This document shows positions 28,043 to 41,380 of a DNA stretch of 64,000 bases, one piece after another (the stretch's first letter is position 1; every line of letters begins with the position of its first letter). Source of the stretch: Eledone cirrhosa (Eukaryota); contig OZ024745.1 of NCBI GenBank assembly GCA_964016885.1, forward strand, positions 74,524,001 through 74,588,000, given 5' to 3'. The notes under the pieces were generated by a model that saw only the letters and a program-made list of their open reading frames with translations, did no database searches and was not told the DNA's origin. Position numbers and translations under genes: made by a program.

Positions 28043-28099
<57 letters not shown>

Positions 28100-28578
28100 C
28101 ATAGCATAGACACACTATATATTTCCGGGGGTACATTGTACCCTCAGATATATATTAACCTTATTCAATATTCTCCAGTATGTAGAGAAAAATCCTGTCG
28201 TTCTATTTAGTTGCTAAAAATCTTTTTTGGTAGCGATCATAGACGGCTAGTCTACGATTTCCCGCCTTCACTATACACCAATGTATTTACGGGTCACTTT
28301 CACGACCTTTCAGACCTGTATTAGTTGGAGTGAGGTCATATATTTTGTCGTTCCTGGGGTTTTTAACTCTAGGACAGGAAAATGGTTCTCTGATGATCGT
28401 TGCTTTTCCATTAATATCCACGTGATATCTAATGTTTTGCATCGTGAAACTGTACAGTTAGGGCCATTTGAATAGGTACATATTTATATTATATTTTTTA
28501 ATTTTGATTAATTTTAATTGTATATTAATTTTGATTTATTTTGAAAAATTGGTTGAATTTTACTTGTTCTGCTTATCT

Positions 28579-28681
<103 letters not shown>

Positions 28682-29812
28682 TGTGTGTGTTTTGTAGTTC
28701 ACCTCTGGATAGAACTTGTCATTCCGTTTTGTTAATTATGATATAATAATAGTAAAATCACTCTACGTTACGCAGCTCATCCATTGTTGATTTTGAATCC
28801 CGTGGCTGGTGCAGGAACGGAGTTAGACATTGGTTTAATTAAAATAACAAGATGGTCCTTTAAAGTTTTACTGTTTCAAAAACACTTTATATATTTCAAT
28901 GGCCTGGTTAGGTAAGCTCCTGACAATTTCTCTGAGGAAGAAACGCATTTACATTTATTATCCTAAATTAAAGATTACAATTTAAATATATATGATGTAA
29001 GATATTATAAGCACTGATTTACGACAGAAAAGGATAAGATTCTCTACAGGGACTCAAAGCTAGTGTCCATTGCATTCTGGGAGGAGCGTTATTGATTACA
29101 GCGCATAGTAAATGCTGCCTGTTTCTGAAATTAGGCTATAAATGTTTTACTGTTCTAAATTAACACTTCTGCCTTTACAACTATCGCATCAAATTGAAGT
29201 TTATATCTTCGCTGTGGTTGTTGTCGGATGTCCATCGTTTCCGCTGACGACTGCTCCAGTTGATTCAATCAACAGAACACCCTGCTCGTGAAATTAACGT
29301 GTAAGTAGCTCATCATTTCACAGACACGTGTACCCTTAACGTAGTTCTCAGGGAGATTTAGTATGACATAATGTCTGACAAGACTGTCCCATTGCATTAC
29401 AGATATAACTGGAGCATCGGGAAATAAAGTGTTTCACTCAAGGACGCAACGTTATACCGGGCCCGGGTATCGAACTCTCGACCTTTCGAACGTAAGCCAC
29501 GCGTCCTCGTGCTAAAATCACATATCTGTTTGAGGCTGAGTGAATTATGAATCCTCTAAGAATCAGATAGATGTGGTTTGGTAGACATGTTAGTTTATAC
29601 CAGTAAATCACAATTCAGGCGCTCTGTGGTGCACTCACTAATACAGTCGGCTGAAATGTGACAAATGAGGGTTGTGTCAAAGAGCCTGTTATTTTCTGTC
29701 CTAGATTAGTGCTTATAATGTCTAATAGAATTTGTATATTTATAAATCCACCTGATGGAAGTCGTAGCTCTACTCTTCATTAAGTAGGTCAGTTTGCAAA
29801 AACATGACGTTT

Positions 29813-29854
<42 letters not shown>

Positions 29855-31199
29855 CGAACTGTTCTTTTTTTATTCAGTTTGCCTACATGTATGTTTGTAT
29901 GTATGTGTGTGTGTTTACACATACACACACACACACGCATATATGTATATATTGGAAGACTGAAGACTAGTTTGATTATATACATTTCAAAACAACTTTC
30001 TGTTCAGTGTTGGTTCTATTATAAGTGATAGACGTTATATATAATTATTTAAAAAACCTTTTAAGAACCTTTCCTATTTTAACAAAAGAAGATTATCTTA
30101 TGTGCAATTACGAACCAGCAAGAACTTCAAGCGCTTTCAAATATGTCATTAGAACTATGTTCCTATCTCATGGACGATGTGTCACATTGTGAACGCAGCA
30201 TGACCGAATTGTAAAAAACATCCGCTCCGCAATCATTAGGTTCCGGGTCCAATTCTACTGCGTGACATCTTGGACATTTGTCGTTTACTATATCGTTGGA
30301 TCAACCTATGGCGTGTGAGTGAAACTGAGTAGGTTGAAGTTGTTTGGAAGCCCGCCGGGCGAACTGTAGCGAATACAAGCGGTCTGATTTGAACTGTTGT
30401 TTCCAGGCTGGCTAAATAGGTCAGCATGCTAACCCAAAGATATTCAGTTCCTTTGTTCGGGACTAGTCGCCAGATTGTCTGGAGAGATTGCCTACTGGAG
30501 GTCATCTGCAGTTTGTCAAGAGATAACTAGCTTCATAAATTCATTCTTCCCTCGACTGTCAAAGTAGGCACAACACGTCAGTTTGTTCCACAAACAAAGC
30601 AATGTTGTCGTCAATCACTTCGGCTCTTTCGGGCAGTGGGCCGAGGCAGCCATACTCCCGTTCGACTTTAACAAAGGTTAGTCCCATGCATCTTTTAAAA
30701 CTATCCACACACTCATACACATCAGACAATCCAACTGTGAATATCTTTGTTTTCCTCTATTATCACAATAACTTCGAAGCAAGTTAATAAGTAATAAAAT
30801 GATTAAAGTAGCGATTCTTGTTTATTGTTCATTCACTATGGTAGTTCACACAGCACTTTATATGGGACAGGTCGAGCTTTACTGCTACAAAAATTCCTGC
30901 CATGCCACAATTAACAACGGACTAATTCACATCACACAACCAACATCTGAACATATACTCGCTACAGGAGTACCTCTAGATCAACAGGTCAGCCTTATAA
31001 CAACTTTTATATGCAACTCTGAAGCTCCTTGAGAATTACGTTAAGGTTAAACGTGTCCGTGGAACGCTCAGCTACTGGCACGTTAATTTCATGATCAGGC
31101 TCTTTCGTTAATCGAACAATTGGGACACTCATCTTCGAAACCGACGAAAGTCCTTTCCATTGTATCACATTATAAATACAATTCAATTTATACAATGAT

Positions 31200-31700
31200 G
31201 TCTAATTTAGGCGCATGGTCAGAAATTTGGGGGTAATGGAAAGTCGATTAAATCAACCCAGTACTAGACTGGTACTTTATTTTATCGACCCCGGACGGAC
31301 GGATGAAATGCAAAGTTGACCCTGGCGGAATTTGAACTCAGAACGTAAAGACTCGGAATTAAATGCAATTTATCTAATTGTTTCAACATTTGACACTAGG
31401 CCAGCAATCTGAAGGGAAGGAGAAATTCCATTAAATTGACCCCAGGTCGTAAATGGTACTTTATTTTATTGACCTCGTAAGGATGAAAGGCAAAGGTAAT
31501 CACTGCAAGATTTGAACTCATATGTAACTCTATTCCTCAAAGCAGGGTGTCCAACGCTCTACCGATCCTGCCAATCCACCACTCTTAATACAATTTATAT
31601 AATTGTTTCTACTTTTTGGCACAAGGCCACCAATTACTCAGTGCATTACTGGTACTTTATTTTATCGACCCTGTAAGGATGAAAGGCAAAGTCAACATAT
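31200..31700 (-). mobile_element. Cluster of three diverged or partial SINEs
   Basis: Three ggtactttattttat(c/t)gacc..ggatgaaa.gcaaag motifs. Confidence 0.8.
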
Positions 31701-32690
31701 AATGAAAACAATTTTGGTACAAAATTCAATTTTTCATGGTATCTAGTTCTATATGAGTAGCTGTGTACCATGAGTTCAAAATAAGATTTAATAAGGCTAG
31801 TTTACAACTAAGCAGTTCAAGATATGACATCTGATACAACTTTGAGTGAAGTGTGCACACGACTGAAAAGGGCTCAGTCGTTTTGGAACGGTTGATACAC
31901 TGTTTCTTTTATTTCCCAGCTTTCTACAAGCTAATTTACTGCACGCTATTTCTTTTATCCGTTGTTCTTTCTTCCCCCCCCCCCCTCTCTTCCTCCCCCC
32001 TCAGTGTCTCCCTCTACATACACAAACAGACGCACACATCATGCTTTTAGATTAAAATCCACCGGGGACCGGCTCACGCACCGCTGGCCTATGGAATTGA
32101 AAGCTTTGATGAAAGCAATGCTGCTACCCTTTATATTAGCAAACCTATGTCTGGCACGAGAAGTTACCCTCTGTGAACACTATTTGTTTCCCATCTCTTG
32201 GGCAGCAGACGTCCTGTCATAACACTCCATTTCAACGTCAACGGACTCCCCCCCCCCTCTCTCTCTCTCTCTGATCAACATCCCCTTAACTCTAGTGTAC
32301 GAAGTCAAGTGTACCCAGAAAATACTACAACCTTGATCAGTTGTTGATCGACAAAGCTGTAGTATGTCAGTCGATATCGACAACTACTAGCCATATGTAA
32401 TAGTATCAAAAAGAGATCGCTCTCTTTCACATGTTTCTATCTTGAGGTTCAGTGGTCCCACTGTGTGTGGGTATCAATGTTTAATCTTCGCGTGTTGCGA
32501 ATAATGACATCTTTGTATTTGAGTCGAGGAAAGAAGAGGGACTACTCTGGTTTCACGCGCAACTAGTCAGTTATAAATGGAGTATTTGCCTTGATAATAG
32601 AGTTTTCTTCATTCTTTGGACATGCCAATACCAGCCGAAGTTTCGGTGTACTAATATTTCATTTGTGCTAGGAAGCTTGGCTTTCTTTAG

Positions 32691-32963
32691 TGTGGGTATG
32701 TATGGTGTGGTGTGCGTTGGCCGGAAGCTGGGGAGTGCTCGACCGGAAGAGTGCTTGACCGGAAGGGTGCTTGGCCGGAAGGGTGCTCGACCGGAAGGGC
32801 CAGCAGATCGGTCTCTCTCTAGTGGTGATGAGAAACGTGGTGGACGCGAGTTCGGCAGCTCCCGGGTATTAATGAGTTGGACGCACGTAGAAGAGGAGAA
32901 ACCAGCCATGGGATTTAGCGGCGCCTATGAAAAGCGGTTAGTGAGATAGCTTTTTCTAACCAC
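32691..32963 (+). repeat. 5' LTR
   Basis: Starts TGT; matches 36670-36941; internal ~17 bp repeats gtgctcgaccggaagg; terminal A and PBS start appear deleted. Confidence 0.93.
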
Positions 32964-33090
32964 GGCACTGGAAACTGAGATCTGATTGAAAATAAAAAAA
33001 AATAAAAAACTTTCTCGAAAACAAAGCTACTGGAAAAACAGAGAGGAGTCTGTTGTTTTTTTTATTACGTACCGCAAGACAAATTAGGAT

Positions 33091-33852
33091 ATGGCGACGA
33101 GACTGCGAACGAGCGAAGCGATTAGGGCATTTACCGGTGAAGGCGATGTTGTCGCTTGGCTGCGAAAAGTCCGGCTGGTCGCAAGCTTACAGAAGATAGA
33201 AGATGTGGCTGGCCTCATGGCACTGTACCTCGAGGGGGACGCGTTGGTACTCTTCCTTGAGTTGGATGAACACAGCCAAAGGGATGCGCAAAAGATTGAG
33301 AGGCGCATGATGGAAGCGTTCGCGGAGGGACTGTTAGCCGCTTTTGCTAAGCTGGCAAGAATTAGATGGAACGGTGAACGCGTTGACATTTTCGCAGCGG
33401 AAATACGGCAATTGGCCATGTTGGCTGGATATCAGGTGGAATGCGAACGCACGGTGCGGTTGGCGTTCATAAATGGATTTCCAGACGACATAGCGGTGAA
33501 ACTGCAGCAAGTCCCGAGTTACAAAGAAATGGAGATGCGTTCACTGGTGGGGCAAGCCCACATCATAACAGAAGATGCCAAGAAGAGTGTCGCGGCGATA
33601 GCAACTACAGAGGTTCAAGACAGCTGGCAGCGAAATGGTGAAAGGGAGGCAACCACGGCACGCGGTAGCCCGCGAACGTTTGGAGGTCGCTGTTTTAGGT
33701 GCCAGGGCCCGCACATGGCGAGAGACTGTAGAGAGTCAAGGCCGGAAATAATATGCTACCGGTGTAAGCGACCAGGCCACATCGCTACTAACTGCAACCA
33801 GGGAAACGATCCAAGGGGAACTACTGCGCCGGTAGTTGCCCCTTACGAGTAG
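33091..33852 (+). CDS. gag: Gag with two zinc knuckles
   Basis: 253 aa intact ORF; CFRCQGPHMARDC and CYRCKRPGHIATNC. Confidence 0.92.
   Translation: MATRLRTSEAIRAFTGEGDVVAWLRKVRLVASLQKIEDVAGLMALYLEGDALVLFLELDEHSQRDAQKIERRMMEAFAEGLLAAFAKLARIRWNGERVDIFAAEIRQLAMLAGYQVECERTVRLAFINGFPDDIAVKLQQVPSYKEMEMRSLVGQAHIITEDAKKSVAAIATTEVQDSWQRNGEREATTARGSPRTFGGRCFRCQGPHMARDCRESRPEIICYRCKRPGHIATNCNQGNDPRGTTAPVVAPYE
33801..33844 (+). promoter_or_regulatory. Predicted -1 ribosomal frameshift signal (gag-pol)
   Basis: G GGA AAC heptamer in gag frame (33801-33807), 5 nt spacer, stem-loop aaggggaactact..ggtagttgcccctt; the -1 frame is open into the protease. Confidence 0.8.
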
Positions 33853-36656
33853 AGGCGCTGCCCGTGGTGGAAGTCTTCGTGAGGGGAAAGCCACAGCGAG
33901 CCCTCGTGGACACGGGCTGTACGACGACACTGGTGACCGCGGGGGTGGCACAGAGATGCAGAGGGAAGAGCAGCGTAAGGGCAGTCGACGGCAGGAAAAT
34001 TGAATGCCGATGTCGCAGCGAGGTGGAGATGGCGGTTCGGGGAAGGAAAATAAGGCTTTCTGCCATCGTAGTTGACAACGTGGTGGATGGGATCGGCGTG
34101 GTTATGGGCATGGACGCAATTGGCCGTCTAGGAGGCGTCACAGTGAACAACGTCGGTGTGTCATTTGGCGGTGCTGCATCGGTATGCGCTGTGAGTGCAC
34201 GTCATGAGAACCAAAAGGCCCACGATGAGAAATACCCCGCTTACACTGTGCAGGACAAAGACTTCAAGGCCGTGTTCGATGGGCAGCGATGGGTTGTTGA
34301 GTGGTACTGGAAGGGAGAACCACCAACACTGAAGACCAAAGTGGGCTGCTATCAACACACATTGAAGGGATGCATTAGGAGCGAGTTCGAGCGAGAGGTA
34401 GAGAGATGGATTGAGGAAGGCATACTGCTTCCCTGGAAAGAGGATGTGAAGTGCGGAGTATTGCCGTTAATGGCGGTGGCGCAACCCACGAAGAACAAGG
34501 TGAGGCCGGTATTGGACTTTCGGGAGCTGAACGAGCACGTGTCATGCCACACGGGTGGCGAGGTCTAGGATGTCTGTGGGGAAACCTTGCCTGAGTGGAG
34601 ACGCATGACGGGGCGTTCCGCAATCGTAGATCTAAAGTCGGCATACTTGCAATTGCATATAGATGAGAAGCACTGGCAGTATCAGCTGGTCAGGTATAAG
34701 GGCCGGACATATTGCCTGACCAGGCTCGGTTTCGGGCTGAGCTCCGCACCGAAGATCATGGCGGCGGTCCTCAAGACCATTCTGGGAAAGGCCGACAAGA
34801 TGAAGAGGGCCACTAATTCCTACATCGACGACATCCTAGTGGACGAGTTTGTAGTGTCTGCAGCGGAGGTCACGAGCCATTTACAGGGGTATAGACTGGC
34901 TGAGAAGCCGTCAGAAGCGTTGGAGGGAGGAGCCGCGCTGGGACTTAAGCAACGGCGAGACAGGACGGGCGTCTTGGTATTCCAGAGGGGAAATGAAGTT
35001 CCAGAACTGGGCCCAAGTATGAGTAGGTGGGAGCTTTTCTCGGTGTGTGGAAAGTTGGTGGGTCACTACCCGATTGTGGGTAGCTCCGGACGGCATGCAG
35101 CTATGTCAAGAGACGAGCGGGCGGGGTGACTTGGAGTGACAGAGTGGGAGAGAGGACGGTGGCCATGATGCAGGAGATCGTGGAGAGGGTGAAGGCCGAC
35201 GACCCAGTGCGGGACGCTGGTATGTTCCCAAATCGCAGAGCGGGGCCGTATGGTGCGATGCCAGCAGCATAGTGCTGGGTGTCACGTTGGAGATAGGAGG
35301 TGTTGAGGTTGAGGATGCAGCCTGGCTTAGGAAAAAGGACGACTGCAACCACATCAATGTGGCCGAACTGGACGCGGTGTTGAGAGGGGTCAACCTCGCC
35401 CTGAAGTGGGGACTGCGCACCATCGAGATACGCACCGACTCGGCTACTGTACTCGGATGGGTGAGATCAGTGCTCACCAGTGAGAAGAGAGTGCGAACGA
35501 GAGGGGCGGCGGAGATGCTGATAAAGCGCGCCTGGGGACTTTAGGAGAGCTGGCCACCGAGTTCGACGTGAGGCTGAGCGTAGTTTTCGTGCCCTCAGAG
35601 AAAAATAGGGCGGACGTCTTAACCAGAGTGAAGAAAGCCTGGATGAAAGCACCGGAGGAGGTAGAAGAGGAGATAGCTGCCGTGTGTCGGCTGACCCAGT
35701 CTGATCTGAAAGGGTTGCATGACATGCACCACATGGGAGTGGATAGGACCCTGTTCCTAGCCAGGAGAATTGACTCGGACGTTAACAGACACAGTGTTCA
35801 AAGGGTGGTTAGAGGCTGCGTCCGATGTCAGTCCATTGATCCCGCCCCGGGTGTGCACGAAACGGCAAGCCTCCCGGTGGATCGCGACTGGAAGCGATTG
35901 GCGGTGGATGTAACGCACTACCGACAGGGAACGTACCTCTCGATGGTTGACTGTGGACCAGGGCGGATGGCGATATGGAGGGAGATGAAGACTGGAACGG
36001 CCGAGGAAATCATGCGGACGTTGAGAGAGGTGTTCTTGGAGCGGGGCCCTGTGGACGAACTGCTGATGGACAACAGCGAAGCGTTCCGCTCGGAGGCGCT
36101 GAGGGAGATGCTCGATGGATGGAAGGTGGACCGTTTCTTCAGAGCAGCGTACAGGCCGAGCAGAAATGGAATTGTGGAGCGACACCACCGGACGATCAAG
36201 ACAATGGTGGAGCGGGGCCACATCTCACCAATGGAAGCAGTGTTCTGGTACAACATGTCCCCTCGGGTGGGGCAGGTTGAGGAATCGGTGCCACACAGAG
36301 CAGTATTCAGATACGAGTGGCGGCACCCGTGCACGCCACCACAATGGCCAGTGGGGAGAGAGAATGCATTCGTGCAGGTGGGCGAAGAAGTCTGGGTTAA
36401 GCCCCCAGATGCACGTTGCACATCTCAATGGGGAAGGGGAACGGTGACGGCCGTAAATTCCCAGAACAACGTGTCCGTGGACGGAGTACCACGTCTTGTC
36501 CTGGATGTCCGTAGAATCACTGTGTCAACGGACTCCGAGGAAGAGGAAACCCAAAGTGCCGCCCCAACACTGCGGAGATCGCAAAGAAGTCGCAAACAAC
36601 CAACCTGGACAGTAGACTTTCATATGCAGAAGGACGAGGGGGAAATTGATCCTTGA
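33801..36656 (+). pseudogene. pol: Disrupted pol (protease, RT, RNase H, integrase)
   Basis: LVDTGC; VRPVLDFRELN and YIDDILV; WCDASS, NVAELDAV, IRTDS; HHCC plus LAVD, MDN, NGIVER. In-frame TAG at 34566-34568 and frameshifts near 35085 and 35535. Confidence 0.93.
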
Positions 36657-36669
36657 GATCAGGGGGGCG

Positions 36670-36941
36670 TGTGGGTATGGTGTGGTGTGTGGTGGTCGGA
36701 AGCTGGGGAGTGCTCGACCGGAAGAGTGCTTGACTGGAAGGGTGCTTGGCCGGAAGGGTACTCGACCGGAAGGGCCAGCAGATCGGTCTCTCTCTAGAGG
36801 TGATGAGAAACGTGGTGGACGCGAGTTTGGCAGCTCCCGGGTATTAATGAGTTGGACGCACGTGGAAGAGGAGAAACCAGCCATGGGGTTTATATCGACG
36901 CCTATAAAAAGCGGTAAGTGAGATAGCTTTTTCTAACCACA
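36670..36941 (+). repeat. 3' LTR
   Basis: TGT...ACA; roughly a dozen substitutions and small indels versus the 5' LTR by eye. Confidence 0.95.
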
Positions 36942-36994
36942 TTTAGTATAGTGGTGTCCCTGGGGTTGTCTCAGGGGTCTCAACTTGAATAGTT

Positions 36995-37412
36995 TCAGTT
37001 TTTTTTATTGAAAAAGAAAGCAGCACTGGAAAGGACTGTAAATGCCATAAATGAAAGGAAAAGGAGGGGAAGAGCAAGGTCTACTAGACAAAGGAAGAGC
37101 AGTGTTTTGACTGCGCATCGCCGACAAAAAAAGGCATTTCCACTGACAATGGCTAGCGACAGAAGCTGCAACAGCCACCCCAACTCGCGGGGCTCCTTCC
37201 TCAGACGCGCTGCTATAGATCCGATTTTACGGAGAAAGTCAGCTGTCCGGGGCCCGAGGATGCCTGAGGTCTCAACGGCGACCGGTGCAAAGGTATTTGC
37301 TTGTCTTCCTGTCCTCTGCATTGCACGCCGCAGAACCGAGGCTTGTGACCGAGGTGACTAAACTGGAGGCGGAGAACGTGTCACAGCATGTCGCGTCCCA
37401 GATGAAGGATTT
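36995..37412 (-). mobile_element. CRE-like non-LTR retrotransposon 3' fragment (restriction-like endonuclease)
   Basis: FIWDATCCDTFS..FAPVAVETSGILGP..LSLAIVSGNA, the typical CRE-clade RLE C-terminus. Confidence 0.8.
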
Positions 37413-37582
37413 GTTTGTATCATAACAGCCATACTTATTCTGATCAGCACAATACTGTGGATAATACTATTGTTCGGTAATCTTTGGATGTCACTTTTTC
37501 CGTAACGAGTCTGTCCAAATATCTAGAATGGTCTTGAAGTTAAACATTCACAGGCCTTAGATTGTATCCCAAAACGTATATA

Positions 37583-38032
37583 TGTAACGAAAGTATTAGT
37601 GGTGGTTGTTAGATAAAATAACAAGAATAGCTGATTTACTTTATACATGAAAAGGTTTACTTCACTTCAGTCAAAAAGAACAATAAACAAGTTACCACGA
37701 GTCGCGAAGGTTGACGATGTTATTTTGTTGTTGGTTCATGAGGCTGGTGTAGTCTGAGGCCAGGAGAGAGAGAGTAATGTTCTGTGGTTGTCTGTAGACC
37801 TCAGTGGCCTGTAGGTGGCGGTGAATCTTTACATAGCTTGTCTATAGCGTACTGCTCCGACCTTTCTGTGTCAAACCTGGGATGATACAGGCTTTATATA
37901 CCTGTCGTTTTCTGTCTCCCTGCCTCGAGGGATCGCCCACACATGAACCTGTCCACGCCGAAAAGGATGGTGACCTAGAATTTGACTTTTAGGTGTCACC
38001 CAAGGTTCAAGGCGTGGACATATTTCGCTACA
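37583..38032 (-). mobile_element. Probable solo LTR (450 bp)
   Basis: TGTAACGAAA...TTTCGCTACA inverted termini, flanked by TATA on both sides; TATATAAA box on the minus strand near 37895. Confidence 0.65.
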
Positions 38033-38513
38033 TATACAGCTTATTATCAAAGACCTACTGACCAACGCTTTAAAACCCTGTTCCTATAGCTGAAAGCTAA
38101 ATTTCGAGTGGCATAGAATTAGATACAACACACACGATAATTTTTATATATCTATTCTCGACCTGCATTGGATATCTATTGTGAAAGAGTTCAATCATTC
38201 TTTGGTGATTCTACTGAAGTTTTCCCACGTGACTTTTATTATTGGATTCTCGTCAAATAATATTGTCTGACAGAGATCAACAGTTAAGTTTCAAAACGAC
38301 CAAGTTCAAAATTTCCAACACATTGAAATACGAAAACAGTTCCCAAGTGCGATATGACGATTTGTTATGGATTTGACATTTATTACAAAGTGTTCTAATG
38401 GAGTACAGAGGTGTCAAGGATAACTCGTGGGAAATGTCCAGTTGAGGTTTGGTGGCTCATAGAAATACGATTTTATAATCGAAGAGCATTCTGATGGCGT
38501 TTTTTTTTGTATG

Positions 38514-38547
<34 letters not shown>

Positions 38548-38551
38548 AATG

Positions 38552-38737
38552 TAAGGAATATACCCAGAAATGCTATAAAGATAGCTTATAAAATAGGGTG
38601 ATGACCCATAAAAGACAGAGGAAGCAGTTGCCATCGGCATAGCGGCCAATGGCAACTTCTTTTTCCGTCTTTTAAGGGTCATCATTCTATTTTATATGTT
38701 ATCTTTATAGCATTTCTGCGCTTGAGCATATCCCTTA
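38552..38737. repeat. ~185 bp imperfect hairpin
   Basis: cagaaatgctataaagata..gttgccat / atggcaac..tatctttatagcatttctg. Confidence 0.85.
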
Positions 38738-38743
38738 TACTTT

Positions 38744-38975
38744 CTCACTCACATTTCGACCAGGTCGGATGGTCTTTATTCTCTCTCGTCTACGATTTCA
38801 CAGAACTTATGTTCATCGATTTCAGGGACTTGACTCCTTCTTCCTCCCGTTTGACCTGTGCGAAATTCTTTCCTCACTCACATTTCGACCAGGTTGGATG
38901 ATCTTTATTCTCTCTCGTCTACGATTTCACTGAACTTATGTTCATCGATTTCAGGGACTTGACTCCTTCTTCCCC
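38744..38975. repeat. Direct duplication, ~130 bp period
   Basis: ctcactcacatttcgaccagg..gactccttcttcc occurs twice. Confidence 0.9.
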
Positions 38976-39209
38976 ACTTTTCGTTGCATTACCATCTTTG
39001 TTTGTTTACTGTCTCGCTCGTTCCCCCTATTTACGTGTCCCAACGACTTTCTTTAGCCGTTGGTCGCACCAACCAGAGGTGTATGGTCTTTGAAGCGATG
39101 AGGTACCAGTGAGGGCTGGAGGATCACTGATGAGGGACTGAGTTTATTCATATGTAACCCATTTGCAACCACGTAGCACGCCATGTTTTCATATTTTTCA
39201 TATTTATAT

Positions 39210-39800
39210 ATATATAGATGTACTGAAGGACAATGTAGAGACAAAAATATAGTGTACATAGGTAAGACAGCTCGTAGTGTAGGGGAACGGATAAATGAAC
39301 ACTGGCGAGACCTTCAAGATAGTAAAGAATCATCTGTACTCTACCAACATGCTAAAATAGAACATAAGGGTAAATTAGAGAACATAGAAATAAAAATAGA
39401 ATCTACACACTGAAAAGACGCAATGTTTAGACAAATCACAGAGGCAATAAACATAAAAGAATTACAACCAAAATTAAATAGAAAATATGAGTGGAACAGC
39501 AACATCACAACTTACAATTAAGGACAAAATGAAAACACACACACACATAGAACAAACAACCAACCGGTAACATGTAAATAAACAAATAAATAAACAAATA
39601 TAAACACACACAGACACCCGGATGTGGCGCATGCGCAGACTGAGCACACAACACACACACAGAAACAAAATGGCGTAGGACAGAACAAAGGAGAGGCACA
39701 AAAACAAAGAAAAGAATCCCCAGTCACTGAAGAGGTCACAGAATGTGTGACGAAAGAACTTTGACAATATATAAACAACTATCTGGTTGTGGAACCAACC
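39210..39800 (+). mobile_element. Penelope-like element 3' fragment (GIY-YIG endonuclease plus 3' region)
   Basis: YRCTEGQC..VYIGKTARSVGERINEH..RQITEAINIKELQPKLNRK with one stop; HHR downstream. Confidence 0.85.
39723..39765 (+). ncRNA. Type I hammerhead ribozyme (minimal) in PLE 3' region
   Basis: GTCA-CTGAAGA-G-GTCACA gaatg TGTGAC-GAAA-GAAC-TT^-TGAC; weak stem III. Confidence 0.65.
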
Positions 39801-39969
39801 AACCAGAAATTTATAAATTCCTAAATTTATAAATTTATTATAATAAATTGAAGTGAAATCAAATAGTGCTTGTGTTTCTTATTGGCAACATGACCTTCCC
39901 AAAGTATAACAATATCGGTTTCAACACACGATTTCAGATAAAGAATCTTGCAAAACAAATTCAGAAACG

Positions 39970-40025
<56 letters not shown>

Positions 40026-40474
40026 GAAAAAGATTGGATTACCTATAACGATATCTTGTTATCCTCTCTCTCTATATATATATATTCTCAGCGCTTATAA
40101 AGCCGAAAATTCGGCTTCGTATATTATGTGTGTGTGTGTACACATACATACATACATACATATATATATATTAAAAATTCTTTCTATTGACATGATCTTT
40201 TACTGAAAGTCAGACACTGGATTAAAAGTAAATAGAAAATCAATATTATAAAAGAATACAGATAAAAGAAATGAACAATACCAGATATAATTTATCTTGA
40301 CTAGACACATAATCACTAATCATCACCAGTTTAATCATCACTGTAATCATCATTACTATTATATCTATAATACAATATAATACACTCTTCAGACATTCGA
40401 ATTTTGATTGAATGCCAGTGCTTCTTCCTCCGCCTTCTATCTTCCTACAGTGTTTTAACTATCATATATATGTG

Positions 40475-40510
<36 letters not shown>

Positions 40511-40526
40511 TAGATAGATATATAGG

Positions 40527-40573
<47 letters not shown>

Positions 40574-40574
40574 G

Positions 40575-40696
<122 letters not shown>

Positions 40697-40827
40697 AAAT
40701 CCAGACTGCGACGCCAAGCGGTTTTGGTTTGGTTTGGTGGATTTTACATATCTCTATACCCACTCTGCATCTCCCCAGGCATCGAGTACTCACATGATTA
40801 GTGGTCTCCACGGTCTCAGCACCGCAG

Positions 40828-40963
<136 letters not shown>

Positions 40964-41159
40964 CGTGCGCGCGCGCGCGCGCGCGTATGTGTGCGCGCAT
41001 TTTCATCTTTATTATATGTGTGTGTGACTGGCAATAAATAGTTGGATCCTCACCCAATCTAGCCAAAATTCTCTTCGAAAAAATACATCAAATTATGTAT
41101 TTCTGCCAGCTTCATAATTTTCTAAATCTATGAAACATATGGAATAATCTATCTTGTGA

Positions 41160-41380
41160 GTTTAATACCAGATATCTTAGTTTTTTCTTCAAATTAGCGA
41201 AGAATCGCTTCCTATATTTTTAATTCTATATGCCTTAGCTTTAAGTTAAAATTAGCGAAGAAGCATTTCCTATATTTTTAATACCAGATGTCTTAGTTTT
41301 AGGTTCAAATTAGCGAAGAATCGTTTCCTATATTTGTAATACCAAATATCTTAGTTTTAGGTTTATAGCGAAGAAGCATT
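41160..41380. repeat. Minisatellite, ~4 x 55-60 bp
   Basis: taataccagat.tcttagtttt..aaattagcgaagaa repeated. Confidence 0.85.

Larger units (their letters stand above)
32691..36941 (+). mobile_element. Full-length Ty3/Gypsy LTR retrotransposon (~4.25 kb), mutated
   Basis: Paired LTRs, 5 bp TSD TTTAG (32686-32690 / 36942-36946), PPT aggggggcg before 3' LTR, domain order PR-RT-RH-IN. Confidence 0.96.

Noticed and set aside
30100-30700. Possible RLE-type retrotransposon remnant (QHDRIVKNIRSAI)
   Set aside because: Single short motif and too decayed to classify.
38744-38975. HHR-like GAAGA-AGGA..TCCCT-GAAA-TCGA on the minus strand of the duplication
   Set aside because: Lacks CUGA and has UG at the cleavage position; no stem I.
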